Source: an uncultured Verrucomicrobiae bacterium
Lineage (GTDB): Bacteria > Verrucomicrobiota > Verrucomicrobiia > Chthoniobacterales > JAATET01
Assembly: GCA_963719495.1 (NCBI GenBank)
Contig: CAVRCI010000013.1
Location: forward strand, 711,199 to 775,198
DNA: 64,000 nt
Direction of reading: 5' to 3'
In this document: piece after piece, positions 46,001 through 54,290 of the stretch
Numbering within the stretch: position 1 is the stretch's first letter
How the letters are laid out: every line of letters starts with the position of its first letter
Position numbers and translations under genes: made by a program
Notes under the pieces: model-generated
Told to the model about the DNA's origin: nothing
What the model saw: the letters and a program-made list of their open reading frames with translations, nothing else
Databases searched by the model: none

Positions 46001-46367
46001 GGATGTCGTGGGCGTGGACGCGGATGGGTTCGTGAAAATCGAGGGGCGGACGAGCCGGTTCTCGAAAATTGGGGGGGAAATGGTGCCGCACGCGGCGGTG
46101 GAGTGCGCGCTGGCGGAGGCGTTCGCGGACGACCTGGAGGCGGCGGATTGCGTGGTCGGCGTGGAGGTGGCCGAGGGGGAGGAGGAGCTGGCCTTGGTGA
46201 CGACCCGGGACGTGGATCGCGAGGCGGTGCGCGGGGCGCTGCGGGGGGCGGGGTTGCCGAATCTGTGGATCCCGAAGCGGGTGGTGCGGGTGGACGGGTT
46301 GCCGGTGCTGGCCAGCGGGAAGGTGGATTTGGTGGGGTGTCGGGGGGTTGTGCTGGCGGATATTTGA
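43059..46367 (+). CDS. aas: MFS (LplT) - acyltransferase - acyl-ACP synthetase fusion (Aas type)
   Basis: AFNDN MFS start, FFSPAK; NHVSYVD and FPEG; FTSGSSGKPKGV, EGYGLTETSP, TGD, RFSKIGGEMVP. Confidence 0.92.
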   Translation: METKFFHSAFIKLLFTQTQVAFNDNGTKLVLIGLVNLVLPMEAAMRYVSLISLLLVSPFVIFAPMAGWLNDRFARREVIRWSLWLQMAVMVFLIGSVVAGSLPLVMAGFFLLAVQSTFFSPAKRAILKELQPTERLQAAVGWSEMLCIGAILGGSLAGGFAVDELAARVGDPMLAAAGALGVFLVLCVVTALVFRRMPAGVGRPEVRFSRGALVGHGALLRALRVTPGILRPVAAESLFYFVGGVLMIVLAQMARLAHPDGVGAGQAAGVFMALVGAGIGVGSLVAASLRRRETRVGVIPLAALVMAVGLVLLAVGGPTWWVLVLIGAGGGLFCVPVSSALIERAPEATRGSILAASSLCSSVTGMLAVGVQWVLAGWLGWGPGAQLVFLAVVMLATAVMAVRWLKVEILTMVARGLGHAFYRVRAIGAENLPATGGALLVCNHVSYVDAIILSLASERPIRFLSFAGFFETPVLGSLLRAFGAIPVSGAHSKDAIRAAAARVRDGELVCIFPEGQLTRTGSLMELKRGYELIARQADCAVIPVVTDGLWSSIFSFERGKYFFKVPNALRIGVRVVFGAALEDTSPAELRRVMGELGEVAFGARSELAGSLDGALVRALRRRPWRVAVADYGLGGQRMRAGVLLGVCSAVAKRWRREFPEQRVGVILPPGIGGTVANVALILAGKTPVNLNPTAGAAAMAHCLETARIDSVVTAAKVREKFADLPWPTRTVDVAAVLGGVSVWAILRGFLFARGGAGAERSEVILFTSGSSGKPKGVRLTSRNLLGNAMQVDELGLLRRDEVILSGLPLFHCFGLNVGMFLALLSGRRMVTVPTPFDYGKIAKAAKGEGATFLLTTPTFLKGYLRKIPAEAFASMRCVCCGAEKLPGSVAAATWEKFGAEAIEGYGLTETSPVVAFNQPDPECGLGAETDQVGKRAGTVGRLVPGVAWRLDAGGVLSLRGANVVTGYLGGEAAEDGWFATGDVVGVDADGFVKIEGRTSRFSKIGGEMVPHAAVECALAEAFADDLEAADCVVGVEVAEGEEELALVTTRDVDREAVRGALRGAGLPNLWIPKRVVRVDGLPVLASGKVDLVGCRGVVLADI

Positions 46368-46369
46368 TT

Positions 46370-46564
46370 CGCTTCGCGAATTTGGGTTGGGTCGGCGATT
46401 GGAAATCGCCGTTCCTTGAGATGCCAGCGGCTCTCTCGCTTCGCTCGAATTGCCTGTTCGGCGGCTGGAAGCCGCCGCTCCTTGGTTACTTCGGCTCGCT
46501 TCGCATTGCCGGGTTTGATGCGGCGGGACGCCGCATCTCGCACGCCGGGAGGCGTGCGTTCCCC
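46370..46564. repeat. GGAG-family REP mosaic (three units)
   Basis: GGTTGGGTCGGCGATTGGAAATCGCCGTTCCT; CGGCTGGAAGCCGCCGCTCCT; GATGCGGCGGGACGCCGCATC... Confidence 0.88.
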
Positions 46565-47814
46565 TACCTTCGGCTTCGGCGGGTGATTTGGCGGCCGGAG
46601 GGGCCGACTTCGACCTTTGGCTTGCGCGGAGGTTGGTTGCGCGGGCCTCGGGGGCGCTCGGGGTCGCGGTTTTTGCCTTCGGTGGCGGTGTAGTCGAAGC
46701 CTTCGGCTTTGGCCTTTGGGATTTCTCGGCTGATGAAGCGTTCGAGCTGCTTGAGGCCCTTGCGGTCGTCTTCGCTGATGAAGCTGATGGCGTCGCCGAT
46801 GGCCTGGGCTCGTCCGGTGCGGCCGATGCGGTGGACGTAGTCTTCGCTCTGCATGGGGAAGTCGAAATTGACGACGTGGGAGATGCCGTCGACGTCGATG
46901 CCGCGGGCGGCGATGTCGGTCGCGACGAGGACGCGGACTTTGCCTTCGCGAAAGCCCTCCAACGCGCGGAGGCGCTGGTTCTGCGAGCGGTTGCTGTGGA
47001 TGGTGGCGGTGGGGATGCCGCTCTGCTCGAGCTTGCGGGCGACTCGGTCGGCGCCGTGTTTCGTGCGCGTGAAGACGAGGACCATGTTCATTTTTTCGTC
47101 TTCGAGGAGGTGGGCCAGGAGGGCGGGTTTGAGGTGGCGGGGGACTTCGTAGACGTGCTGGGTGACGGTGTCGGCGGGGTTGGAGCGGCGGCCGATCTGG
47201 ACGATCTCGGGGTGGTGTTGGAATTCGTGGGTGAGGCCTTCGATGTCTTTGGAGAGGGTGGCGGAGAAGAGGAGGGTCTGGCGTTTCTTCGGGAGATTCC
47301 GGATGACCTTGCGGATGGAGGGGAGGAAGCCCATGTCGAGCATGCGGTCGGCTTCGTCGAGGACGAGGTGCTCGAGCTTGGAGAAATCGCCAGCGCGGCG
47401 GTCCATGAGGTCGAGGAGGCGGCCGGGGGTGGCGATGACGATGGCGACTCCGCTTTTGAGCGCGGCGATCTGGGGGTTTTCGCCGACGCCGCCGAAGACG
47501 GTGGCGACTCGGAGGTCGGGGAGGTGTTTCGCGTAGGTCTGGACGTTTTCGTGGATCTGGACGACGAGCTCGCGGGTGGGGGCGAGGACGAGGACGCTGA
47601 TGTGGCGGCGGTCGCTGGCGCGGGCGAGCTGGGCGAGAATCGGCAGGGTGAAGGCGGCCGTTTTGCCGGTGCCGGTCTGGGCGATGCCGATGAGGTCTTT
47701 ACCCGCGATGATGGGCGGGATGGCCTTTTCCTGGATCGGGGTGGGTTCGGTGTAGCCGGTTTCGGTGACGGCTTGGAGAATTTCGTCGGCTAGGCCGAGG
47801 TCGCGGAATGACAT
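46564..47814 (-). CDS. DEAD-box RNA helicase (RhlE-like)
   Basis: PTPIQ, AQTGTGKT, PTREL, TPGR, DEADRMLDMGF, SAT, ARGID, HRIGRTGR. Confidence 0.95.
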   Translation of the reverse strand: MSFRDLGLADEILQAVTETGYTEPTPIQEKAIPPIIAGKDLIGIAQTGTGKTAAFTLPILAQLARASDRRHISVLVLAPTRELVVQIHENVQTYAKHLPDLRVATVFGGVGENPQIAALKSGVAIVIATPGRLLDLMDRRAGDFSKLEHLVLDEADRMLDMGFLPSIRKVIRNLPKKRQTLLFSATLSKDIEGLTHEFQHHPEIVQIGRRSNPADTVTQHVYEVPRHLKPALLAHLLEDEKMNMVLVFTRTKHGADRVARKLEQSGIPTATIHSNRSQNQRLRALEGFREGKVRVLVATDIAARGIDVDGISHVVNFDFPMQSEDYVHRIGRTGRAQAIGDAISFISEDDRKGLKQLERFISREIPKAKAEGFDYTATEGKNRDPERPRGPRNQPPRKPKVEVGPSGRQITRRSRR

Positions 47815-47842
47815 AGGGGCGGGAACGTAAGCCCGCTTGCCA

Positions 47843-48991
47843 TTATTGCCAGAAAAGAAACGCGGGGCGGTCGGTGCGGCCGGTTTCGCGGAAGCCCATG
47901 GCCAGGAGGGAGCGTTGGATTTCGGGGAGGTGCATGGCTCCCCAGGGGACGATGACGAGGTCGTAGTCGGCGAGGGATTTCGTGATTTCCGCGAGGAGGT
48001 GGACGTTGCGGCCGTCGACGATGTCTTCGAGGAGGCGGGTGTCGGCTCCGGGGGTGCGGAAGGGGGAATCGGCGGCTCGGAGGCGGGCGAAGCTGGCGGG
48101 GTTGGTCGGATCGGCGAGGAAGGCGCCGATGGAATTGAGAATGGCGACGGTCTCGGGGCGGAAGCTGGCGATGTCGACGTCGGCGCGTTGGTAGTGAACT
48201 TCGTCGGGATGGGGCACGGCGGTGTCGCCGCTGGAGTCGGCTTCGTGCGGATGGCCGGGGCCGAGGGCGGTGCTTTCCTGCGAGATGGCACCGAAGAGCT
48301 CGGCGACGCCTTCGTAGGAAAAGCCTTGGGTGAGGAGGCCGTCGTTGTCGGTGACGCCTTCGAGGAGGACGATGGCGGGGCCGCTGCCGGAGACGGAGTT
48401 AGCGATGGCGTCGAAGAATTTGTTCTGGGCGATGTGGATCATGGCGACGAGCCGGACTTCCTGGTCGCCACGGGTGTAGTTGCGTTCTTCGAGGTAGAGA
48501 CCGTCGGTGCGGAGGGTGGCGAATCCTTCGGTGCGGGCGGTGATGCCGGTGGCGAGGAGGTTGACCGAGGCGACGGTGGCGGTAAGGGGGAGGATGAGGA
48601 GCGCGGCGACGAGGAAGAGGGCGAAGCGGAGCCAGCGGAATTGGGGGTGGGCGGGTGGGCGGCGGAGGAGGGTGAGGGTGATGAGGAGGGCGGCGAGGAG
48701 GATTTGGACGATGGCGACGGTGACGATGTGGGCGTCGGCGTCGTTGGTGCGGAGGGGGAAGGCGCCGCAGACGGTGGTCCAAATGGTGAAGAGGATCGCG
48801 GGGACGAGGAGGGTGCCGGGGAGGCGGGGGGTGATGGCGAGGGCGACGTAGAGGACGGCGGCCGCGAGGACGGTGAGCCAGGCAAACCACGGGTGGATGG
48901 CGGCGATGGTGGGGTTTGCGCTCCCGGCGGCCAGGAGGCCGGTTGCTAGGAAGAGGGATAGGAAGGTCAGGGTGGGCGTGCGGGCGGTCAT
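47843..48991 (-). CDS. Membrane protein with C-terminal TraB/GumN-like domain
   Basis: About five TM segments, then LVAMIHIA, LLEGV, RNVHL, PWGAMHLPEI. Confidence 0.7.
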   Translation of the reverse strand: MTARTPTLTFLSLFLATGLLAAGSANPTIAAIHPWFAWLTVLAAAVLYVALAITPRLPGTLLVPAILFTIWTTVCGAFPLRTNDADAHIVTVAIVQILLAALLITLTLLRRPPAHPQFRWLRFALFLVAALLILPLTATVASVNLLATGITARTEGFATLRTDGLYLEERNYTRGDQEVRLVAMIHIAQNKFFDAIANSVSGSGPAIVLLEGVTDNDGLLTQGFSYEGVAELFGAISQESTALGPGHPHEADSSGDTAVPHPDEVHYQRADVDIASFRPETVAILNSIGAFLADPTNPASFARLRAADSPFRTPGADTRLLEDIVDGRNVHLLAEITKSLADYDLVIVPWGAMHLPEIQRSLLAMGFRETGRTDRPAFLFWQ

Positions 48992-49021
48992 GGGTGGTGG
49001 GAGGGTGATGCGGGGAAGTGG

Positions 49022-49154
49022 CGCTTCGCGCGCGGGTTGGGTCGGCGATTGCAAATCGCCGCTCCTTGACTTTCGGCTCCTCGGCTTTGCCGATGTTGCC
49101 GGGTTTGATGCGGCGGGACGCCGCATCTCGCACGCGGGGACGCGTGCGCTCCCC
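49022..49154. repeat. GGAG-family REP mosaic
   Basis: Near-identical to units at 17031-17112 and 46384-46419; a further unit lies at 51131-51161. Confidence 0.88.
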
Positions 49155-49156
49155 CG

Positions 49157-51067
49157 CTAATCGGCGATTTTTTCGGTTAGGGTTTCCACGTCTTTTTCGA
49201 GGATGCTGTTGGGTTCGGGGTTAAGGGTGGATTTGGCTTCAGCCACTACGGATTGGGCGGCTTTTTTGTTGTCTTGCTTGGCTAGCGCTACGGCCAGTGG
49301 GCGGACGATTTCGTAGAAGAAACTGCCTCCGCCGGCTTTTCCGAGGCGGCGGAGGGCGGTGCGGTATTCGGTGAGGGCTTCTTCGGGTTTGCCCTTCTCT
49401 ACGAGGGTGGTGAGGCGCTTGGCCGCAACGGTGATGCTGAGGTCGGAGCGGTCGCGGCGGTTTTGGGAGATGAGGCGATCTTCGTAATTTTGCGCGGTGG
49501 CCTCGTCGCCGCTGGCTCGGGCGAGTTGGGCGAGGGCGAGCTGGTGGCCGGCTTTGAGGTCGTCGTCGTTGGCGAATTGCGCGAGGGCGGCTTCGTGGTG
49601 GGCGATCTGAGTGGTGGCGGGGGCGTCGGTGCGGAGGAGGTGGGCGGTCTTGGCGTCCCAGGCGTTGTCGTTCTCGGGGCTGGTGCCGATGGCGCTGTCG
49701 AGGGCGGCGAGGGCGGCGGCGGGGTCTTCTTCGAAGAGGGCAGCGACGGCGAGGTCGGCTTGCGAGGCGAGGTAGTCGGGGGTGCGGCGGAAATTTTTCG
49801 CCAGCGATTCGAGGGCGTGGTCGTTGATGGGGCGCCAACTCTGCGGGTCGAGGGCGGTGCCGACGGCGTAGCCCTGATTCTGGTAGCGGCCGCAATCGAG
49901 GTCCCAGCGGTCGGCACCCTTCATGTAGCCGAACCAGGCGTGGCCGCCGTCGGTGCCCTGGCCGACGAAGTAGAGCGTGGGGAGGCCGCGGGCCTTGCCG
50001 GCGATCATGGCGAAGTAGGCTTGGTCGACGCAAATTCCGCCTTTCGTGGCGATGTTCGCGAGGGTGTAGGGGCCGGCGGGCCAGTCGTATTGGCGGCTGA
50101 CGAGTCGGGGGTGGTCGTATTCGATGGAGCTGAAGGCGCGCCCGAAGTCGGTGCGGGGGAAGCGGGCGTTGGACTGCGCCCAGTCGAATTCGGACGGGGC
50201 GAGCGGGGCGTCGATGATGAATTTGAGCTGCTCGGGTTCAAGTTGGCGGAGGTCGTTGTAGAGCTTCGAGCCGGAGTTGGCGTCGACCCAGTAGGCGAAC
50301 CATTCGGCGGGGGCGGGGATCTCGATGGGGACCTCGGCGGGATCGACCTGGTGATGCGGCCAGTTGGCGGGCGGGCTGGCGTCCAGGACAACGGCGATGG
50401 CGATGGCGAGGTGGCGGTAAGCCTTCCAATCGGCTTGGTGGGCTTGCCAAATGGATTCGAGGTTGGCGAGGACGAGGGGCGTGAAATCGTGGTCGCTGAG
50501 GGTGGTGAAGAAGGCGCGGAGGAAGTCTTCGTCGGCGACCATGGCGGCGAGGAAGGCGGGATCGAGCGCGTCGGCGAGGGGGCCGGGGTGCGCGGTGTAG
50601 CGGGCGGGGAGGAGGTCTTTGGTGAGCGTGCCGAGGAGGTCGGGGTTGGCAACGATGGCGGCGAGGGCGGCGTCGTCGAGGCGGGGGAGGTCGTCGGGTG
50701 GGGCGATGCCGGGGCCGACGAAGGTGAGTTTTTGCTCCGAACCGGGGCGGCTGCCGAAAAGATGCTGACGGATGAAGCGGGCGAGCTCGGCGGACTCGTC
50801 ACGGGCCAGGAGCGCGCTCCACTCCTGGATGAGGAGCCAGGAGCGGAATGGGCGGTTGGCGACGGAGCTGGTGGTGCCGCCGCGGCCGGGGCGGTAGGCC
50901 CGGCGGAGGGCTTCGCCGATCTGGTCGGCGGCTTGGGACCAGCCGAGGTTGGGAACGTAGGCGCGGTCGCTGTCGAGGGGGGCGGTCTGGACGTTTTGGC
51001 CGCGGACCGTGGAGATTGTGAGGAGGGCGAGGGCTGTGAGGGTGAGGGTTCTGACCGCGGATTTCAC
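49157..51067 (-). CDS. Secreted transglutaminase-like / TPR protein
   Basis: Signal-like N-terminus; GGICVDQAY...GHAW...RWD (Cys-His-Asp order); helical C-terminus; start uncertain. Confidence 0.7.
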   Translation of the reverse strand: MKSAVRTLTLTALALLTISTVRGQNVQTAPLDSDRAYVPNLGWSQAADQIGEALRRAYRPGRGGTTSSVANRPFRSWLLIQEWSALLARDESAELARFIRQHLFGSRPGSEQKLTFVGPGIAPPDDLPRLDDAALAAIVANPDLLGTLTKDLLPARYTAHPGPLADALDPAFLAAMVADEDFLRAFFTTLSDHDFTPLVLANLESIWQAHQADWKAYRHLAIAIAVVLDASPPANWPHHQVDPAEVPIEIPAPAEWFAYWVDANSGSKLYNDLRQLEPEQLKFIIDAPLAPSEFDWAQSNARFPRTDFGRAFSSIEYDHPRLVSRQYDWPAGPYTLANIATKGGICVDQAYFAMIAGKARGLPTLYFVGQGTDGGHAWFGYMKGADRWDLDCGRYQNQGYAVGTALDPQSWRPINDHALESLAKNFRRTPDYLASQADLAVAALFEEDPAAALAALDSAIGTSPENDNAWDAKTAHLLRTDAPATTQIAHHEAALAQFANDDDLKAGHQLALAQLARASGDEATAQNYEDRLISQNRRDRSDLSITVAAKRLTTLVEKGKPEEALTEYRTALRRLGKAGGGSFFYEIVRPLAVALAKQDNKKAAQSVVAEAKSTLNPEPNSILEKDVETLTEKIAD

Positions 51068-51222
51068 GGATGTGAGGTGCGGCTGTCGGGGGGGCTGGAT
51101 GGGAGTGTCCGGCTGGGGCCGGATTTGATTGGTTCGGCGAGTGCAAATCGCCGCTCCTTGAGAAGGTCCGAGGAATTTAGGGGGCATCAGAGGATTTGAT
51201 TTCCGCTCGGACGGCTTTGGTT

Positions 51223-52314
51223 TCAGCCGAAAAGGCCGCGCTTGGTTTTGGCGGGCTCGCGGGTGAGTTGTTCGATTCGGTTGCGGTCCCGGGCCAGGGA
51301 GAGGGCTTGTTCTTTGCTGATCTGGCGGCCGAGGTAGAGCTCGGAGAGGGATTCGTCGATGGTGTGCATGCCCTCGCGGGTGCCGATTTCGATGAGGCCG
51401 ACGAGTTGCTCGTAGCGGCCGTCGCGGATGCAGGCGCGGACGGCGTTGTTGGTGGTGAGGACTTCGCTGGCGAGGACGCGGCCGGTGCCGGATTCGTGGG
51501 GGATCAGGCGCTGGGAAATGACCATTCGCAGGCAGCCGGAGAGCTGCGAAACGATCTGCGGCTGCTGGGCGGCGGGGAAGGCGTCGACGATGCGGTCGAT
51601 GGCCTTCGGCGCGTCGATGGTGTGGAGGGTGGCGAGGACGAGGTGGCCGGTCTCGGCGGCGGTGATGGCGGCGCGGATGGTCTCGAGGTCGCGCATCTCG
51701 CCGACGAGGATGACGTCGGGGTCCTGGCGGAGGACGTGTTTGAGCGCGTCGGCGAAGGAATGGGTGTCGTGGCCGACTTCGCGCTGCTTGATGACGCTGG
51801 AGGAATTTTTGAAGATGAACTCGATCGGATCTTCGACGGTGATGATCATCGACGAGCGGGTTTCGCTGATCTGCCGGAGGATCGCGGCCTGGGTGGTGGA
51901 TTTGCCGGAGCCGGTGATGCCGGTCACGAGGACGAGGCCGTTGTCGAGCTCGGCGGCGCGGGCGACGTTCGGTCGATGGCCGAGCTCGGACAGGGTGGGG
52001 ATTTTTTCGGGGATGTGACGGAAGGCGGCTTCGAGGGCTCCGCGGTTGTAGTGCGCGTTGCCGCGGAAACGGCCGACGTCGTCGATGGAGAGCGCGAAAT
52101 CAAGTTCCCACTCGTCCTCGAGCCGGGAGCGTTGGGCCTCGGTGAGGACGCCGAGGATGATTTCGCGGGTCTCGTCCGGGGAGAGCGCCTCGTCGGTGAG
52201 GGCGCCGATGGAGCCGTCGATCCGGACGATCGGTGGAGTGTCGGCGACGATGTGGAGATCGGAGGCACCGCGCTCGATGGTCTCGCGGAGGAAAGCTAGG
52301 AGGTCGTGGGCCAT
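51223..52314 (-). CDS. pilT: Type IV pilus retraction ATPase PilT
   Basis: ASDLHI, GITGSGKSTT, TVEDPIE, QREVG, LRQDPDVILVGEMRD, AAETGHLV.ATLHT, AVRACIRDG. Confidence 0.92.
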   Translation of the reverse strand: MAHDLLAFLRETIERGASDLHIVADTPPIVRIDGSIGALTDEALSPDETREIILGVLTEAQRSRLEDEWELDFALSIDDVGRFRGNAHYNRGALEAAFRHIPEKIPTLSELGHRPNVARAAELDNGLVLVTGITGSGKSTTQAAILRQISETRSSMIITVEDPIEFIFKNSSSVIKQREVGHDTHSFADALKHVLRQDPDVILVGEMRDLETIRAAITAAETGHLVLATLHTIDAPKAIDRIVDAFPAAQQPQIVSQLSGCLRMVISQRLIPHESGTGRVLASEVLTTNNAVRACIRDGRYEQLVGLIEIGTREGMHTIDESLSELYLGRQISKEQALSLARDRNRIEQLTREPAKTKRGLFG

Positions 52315-52345
52315 GGGGGGAGAATGGGCGGGTTGGGCCGGGGGA

Positions 52346-53407
52346 TCAACGTCGGGTCGATTGGCTCGAGATCCCGCGGAGGGCGCGGGTGAGCTCGGCC
52401 GGGCTGTCGACGGCGGCGAGCGCGGTGGATTCGGAGATGGTGCCGGCTCGGACGAGATCGGTCAGGGAGCGGAGGAGGCTGCGGCCGGTGGCGGCGTCGG
52501 CACGTTCGAGGTGTTCGCCGAGGTCGGTGAGGCGGTTTTCTTCGAGGTATTTGCGGGTGGCACCGACGTTCACGAGGTATTCGGCCGCGAGGGCAAGGCC
52601 GCCATTCGTCGAGGGGAGGAGGAGCTGGGAGAGGGAGCCGAGGAGCTGGGTGGCGAGGGATTTGGCCAGCATGGGGCGCTCGGCTTCGGGGAGGAGTTGG
52701 ACGAGGCGCTCGGTGGCCTCCGCGGTGCCGCGGCCGTGGACGGTGGCGAGGACGAGGCGGCCGGTCTCGGCGGCTTGGAGCGCGGTGACGGCGGAGGCGG
52801 TGTCGCGGATCTCGCCGATCATGAGGACGTCGGGGGATTGGCGCAGGGCCTGGCGGAGGCCGTCGGCGAAGGAGGGCGTGTCGATGCCGATGTCGCGCTG
52901 GGTGATGATGGCTCGTGCGGGGGTGATGACAAATTCGACGGGGTCCTCGATGGTGACGATGTGGCGGGGTTGCGTGAGATTGATGTCCTGCAGGCAGGCC
53001 GCGAGGGTCGTGGATTTACCGGACCCGGTGGGGCCGGAGACGAGGATGAGTCCGCTGGAGCGGCTGAGCCAGGAGCGCAGGATATCGACGGGAAGGTCGA
53101 GGGAATCCAAGGCCGGGATGTCGGTGCGGATGTGGCGCAGGACGGCGGCGGGTTGGCCGAGTTGGTGCAGGAGGCTGACTCGAAACCGATGGGCGTCGGC
53201 GAGGACGATGGCGGAATCGGCATTGCGCTGGGACGGATCGACGCCGCAGAGTGACCAGAGCTCGGCGAGCGTCGCGGTGTCGACCTTGGCGTCGGAGAGG
53301 CTCCGGAAGGCGTTGTCGACCCGGATGGCGGGCGGGGCTCCGAGGTGCAGGATGAGATCGGAAGCTCCCGCGGCGACGGTGGATTGAGCGAGTTCGTGGA
53401 GGTCCAT
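52346..53407 (-). CDS. PilT/PilU-family ATPase (PilU-like paralog)
   Basis: GPTGSGKSTT, TIEDPVE, LRQSPDVLMIGEIRD; degenerate His box (TGRLV) and AIRNLIRE region. Confidence 0.88.
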   Translation of the reverse strand: MDLHELAQSTVAAGASDLILHLGAPPAIRVDNAFRSLSDAKVDTATLAELWSLCGVDPSQRNADSAIVLADAHRFRVSLLHQLGQPAAVLRHIRTDIPALDSLDLPVDILRSWLSRSSGLILVSGPTGSGKSTTLAACLQDINLTQPRHIVTIEDPVEFVITPARAIITQRDIGIDTPSFADGLRQALRQSPDVLMIGEIRDTASAVTALQAAETGRLVLATVHGRGTAEATERLVQLLPEAERPMLAKSLATQLLGSLSQLLLPSTNGGLALAAEYLVNVGATRKYLEENRLTDLGEHLERADAATGRSLLRSLTDLVRAGTISESTALAAVDSPAELTRALRGISSQSTRR

Positions 53408-53491
53408 TCGGGCGGGGGGCGGCTCGGAGTTTGGCGGAGCCTCGGCGTGGGGAGCGCCGGCGTCGAGGCTCGGCTTGATTCCCGGACGGGG

Positions 53492-54103
53492 CTAATCGCC
53501 GAGTTCGACGTTCCAGTAGGCGAAGTCGATGAAGTGCTTCCAACTTTCCTGGCGGTGGCCCGGGTAGGAGAGGTTGACGAAGGGCCGCCACTTTGGGCGC
53601 TTCGGCTTGTGCTGGAGGTGCATGCCGGCTTCGTGCGGGAGGCGGTTGCCCTTGCGGGAATTGCAACGGATGCACGAGCAGACCACGTTTTCCCAAGTCG
53701 TCTGGCCCCCGCGATCACGCGGGAAAATGTGATCCAGATTCAGGTCGCGGCGGTCGAAGACCTTGAGGCAATACTGACAGGTGTTCTTGTCGCGCTCGAA
53801 GACGTTGTGACGGGTGAATTTCACCTCCTTCTTCGGCAGGCGGTCGAAGAGCATGAGCACGATCACCTGTGGCACGAGGATGTTCGCGCGGGTCGTCTTG
53901 ACCATCTCCGGCTCGGGCTCGACACCCGAGAGTTCGCTCCAGCTGCTGAAGTCGTGGGTGAAGAAATTGTTCGCCTCGTCGCTGCGGACAACCTGCGCGT
54001 GACCCTGAAAGAGGAGGACGAGCGCCCGGCGAACGGTGCAGGTATTCACAGCCTGCCACAGCCGGTTGAGAACGAGAACTGGACGATCCAAGACGGTTTC
54101 CAT
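53492..54103 (-). CDS. HNH endonuclease (McrA-like)
   Basis: VLVLNRLWQA, FTRHNVFERDKNTCQYC, LDHIFPRDRGG.TTWENVVCSCIRCNSRKG. Confidence 0.92.
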   Translation of the reverse strand: METVLDRPVLVLNRLWQAVNTCTVRRALVLLFQGHAQVVRSDEANNFFTHDFSSWSELSGVEPEPEMVKTTRANILVPQVIVLMLFDRLPKKEVKFTRHNVFERDKNTCQYCLKVFDRRDLNLDHIFPRDRGGQTTWENVVCSCIRCNSRKGNRLPHEAGMHLQHKPKRPKWRPFVNLSYPGHRQESWKHFIDFAYWNVELGD

Positions 54104-54290
54104 GGTCACTTTCCGATTTCGAGCCGCCGTGAGGCCGACGGGCTCGGCAAGATGGGTAAACGTGGTCCCGCTTGCTGTCAAGATGCCGCCTGCTCCTCGC
54201 CGGGAATGCGCCGAGTCGGAGAGCCGGGTGTCGGCGACCTGATGCAAGTTGATTTCCAGGGCCATGCTCTGATAATGACTCCAGCCCTCC

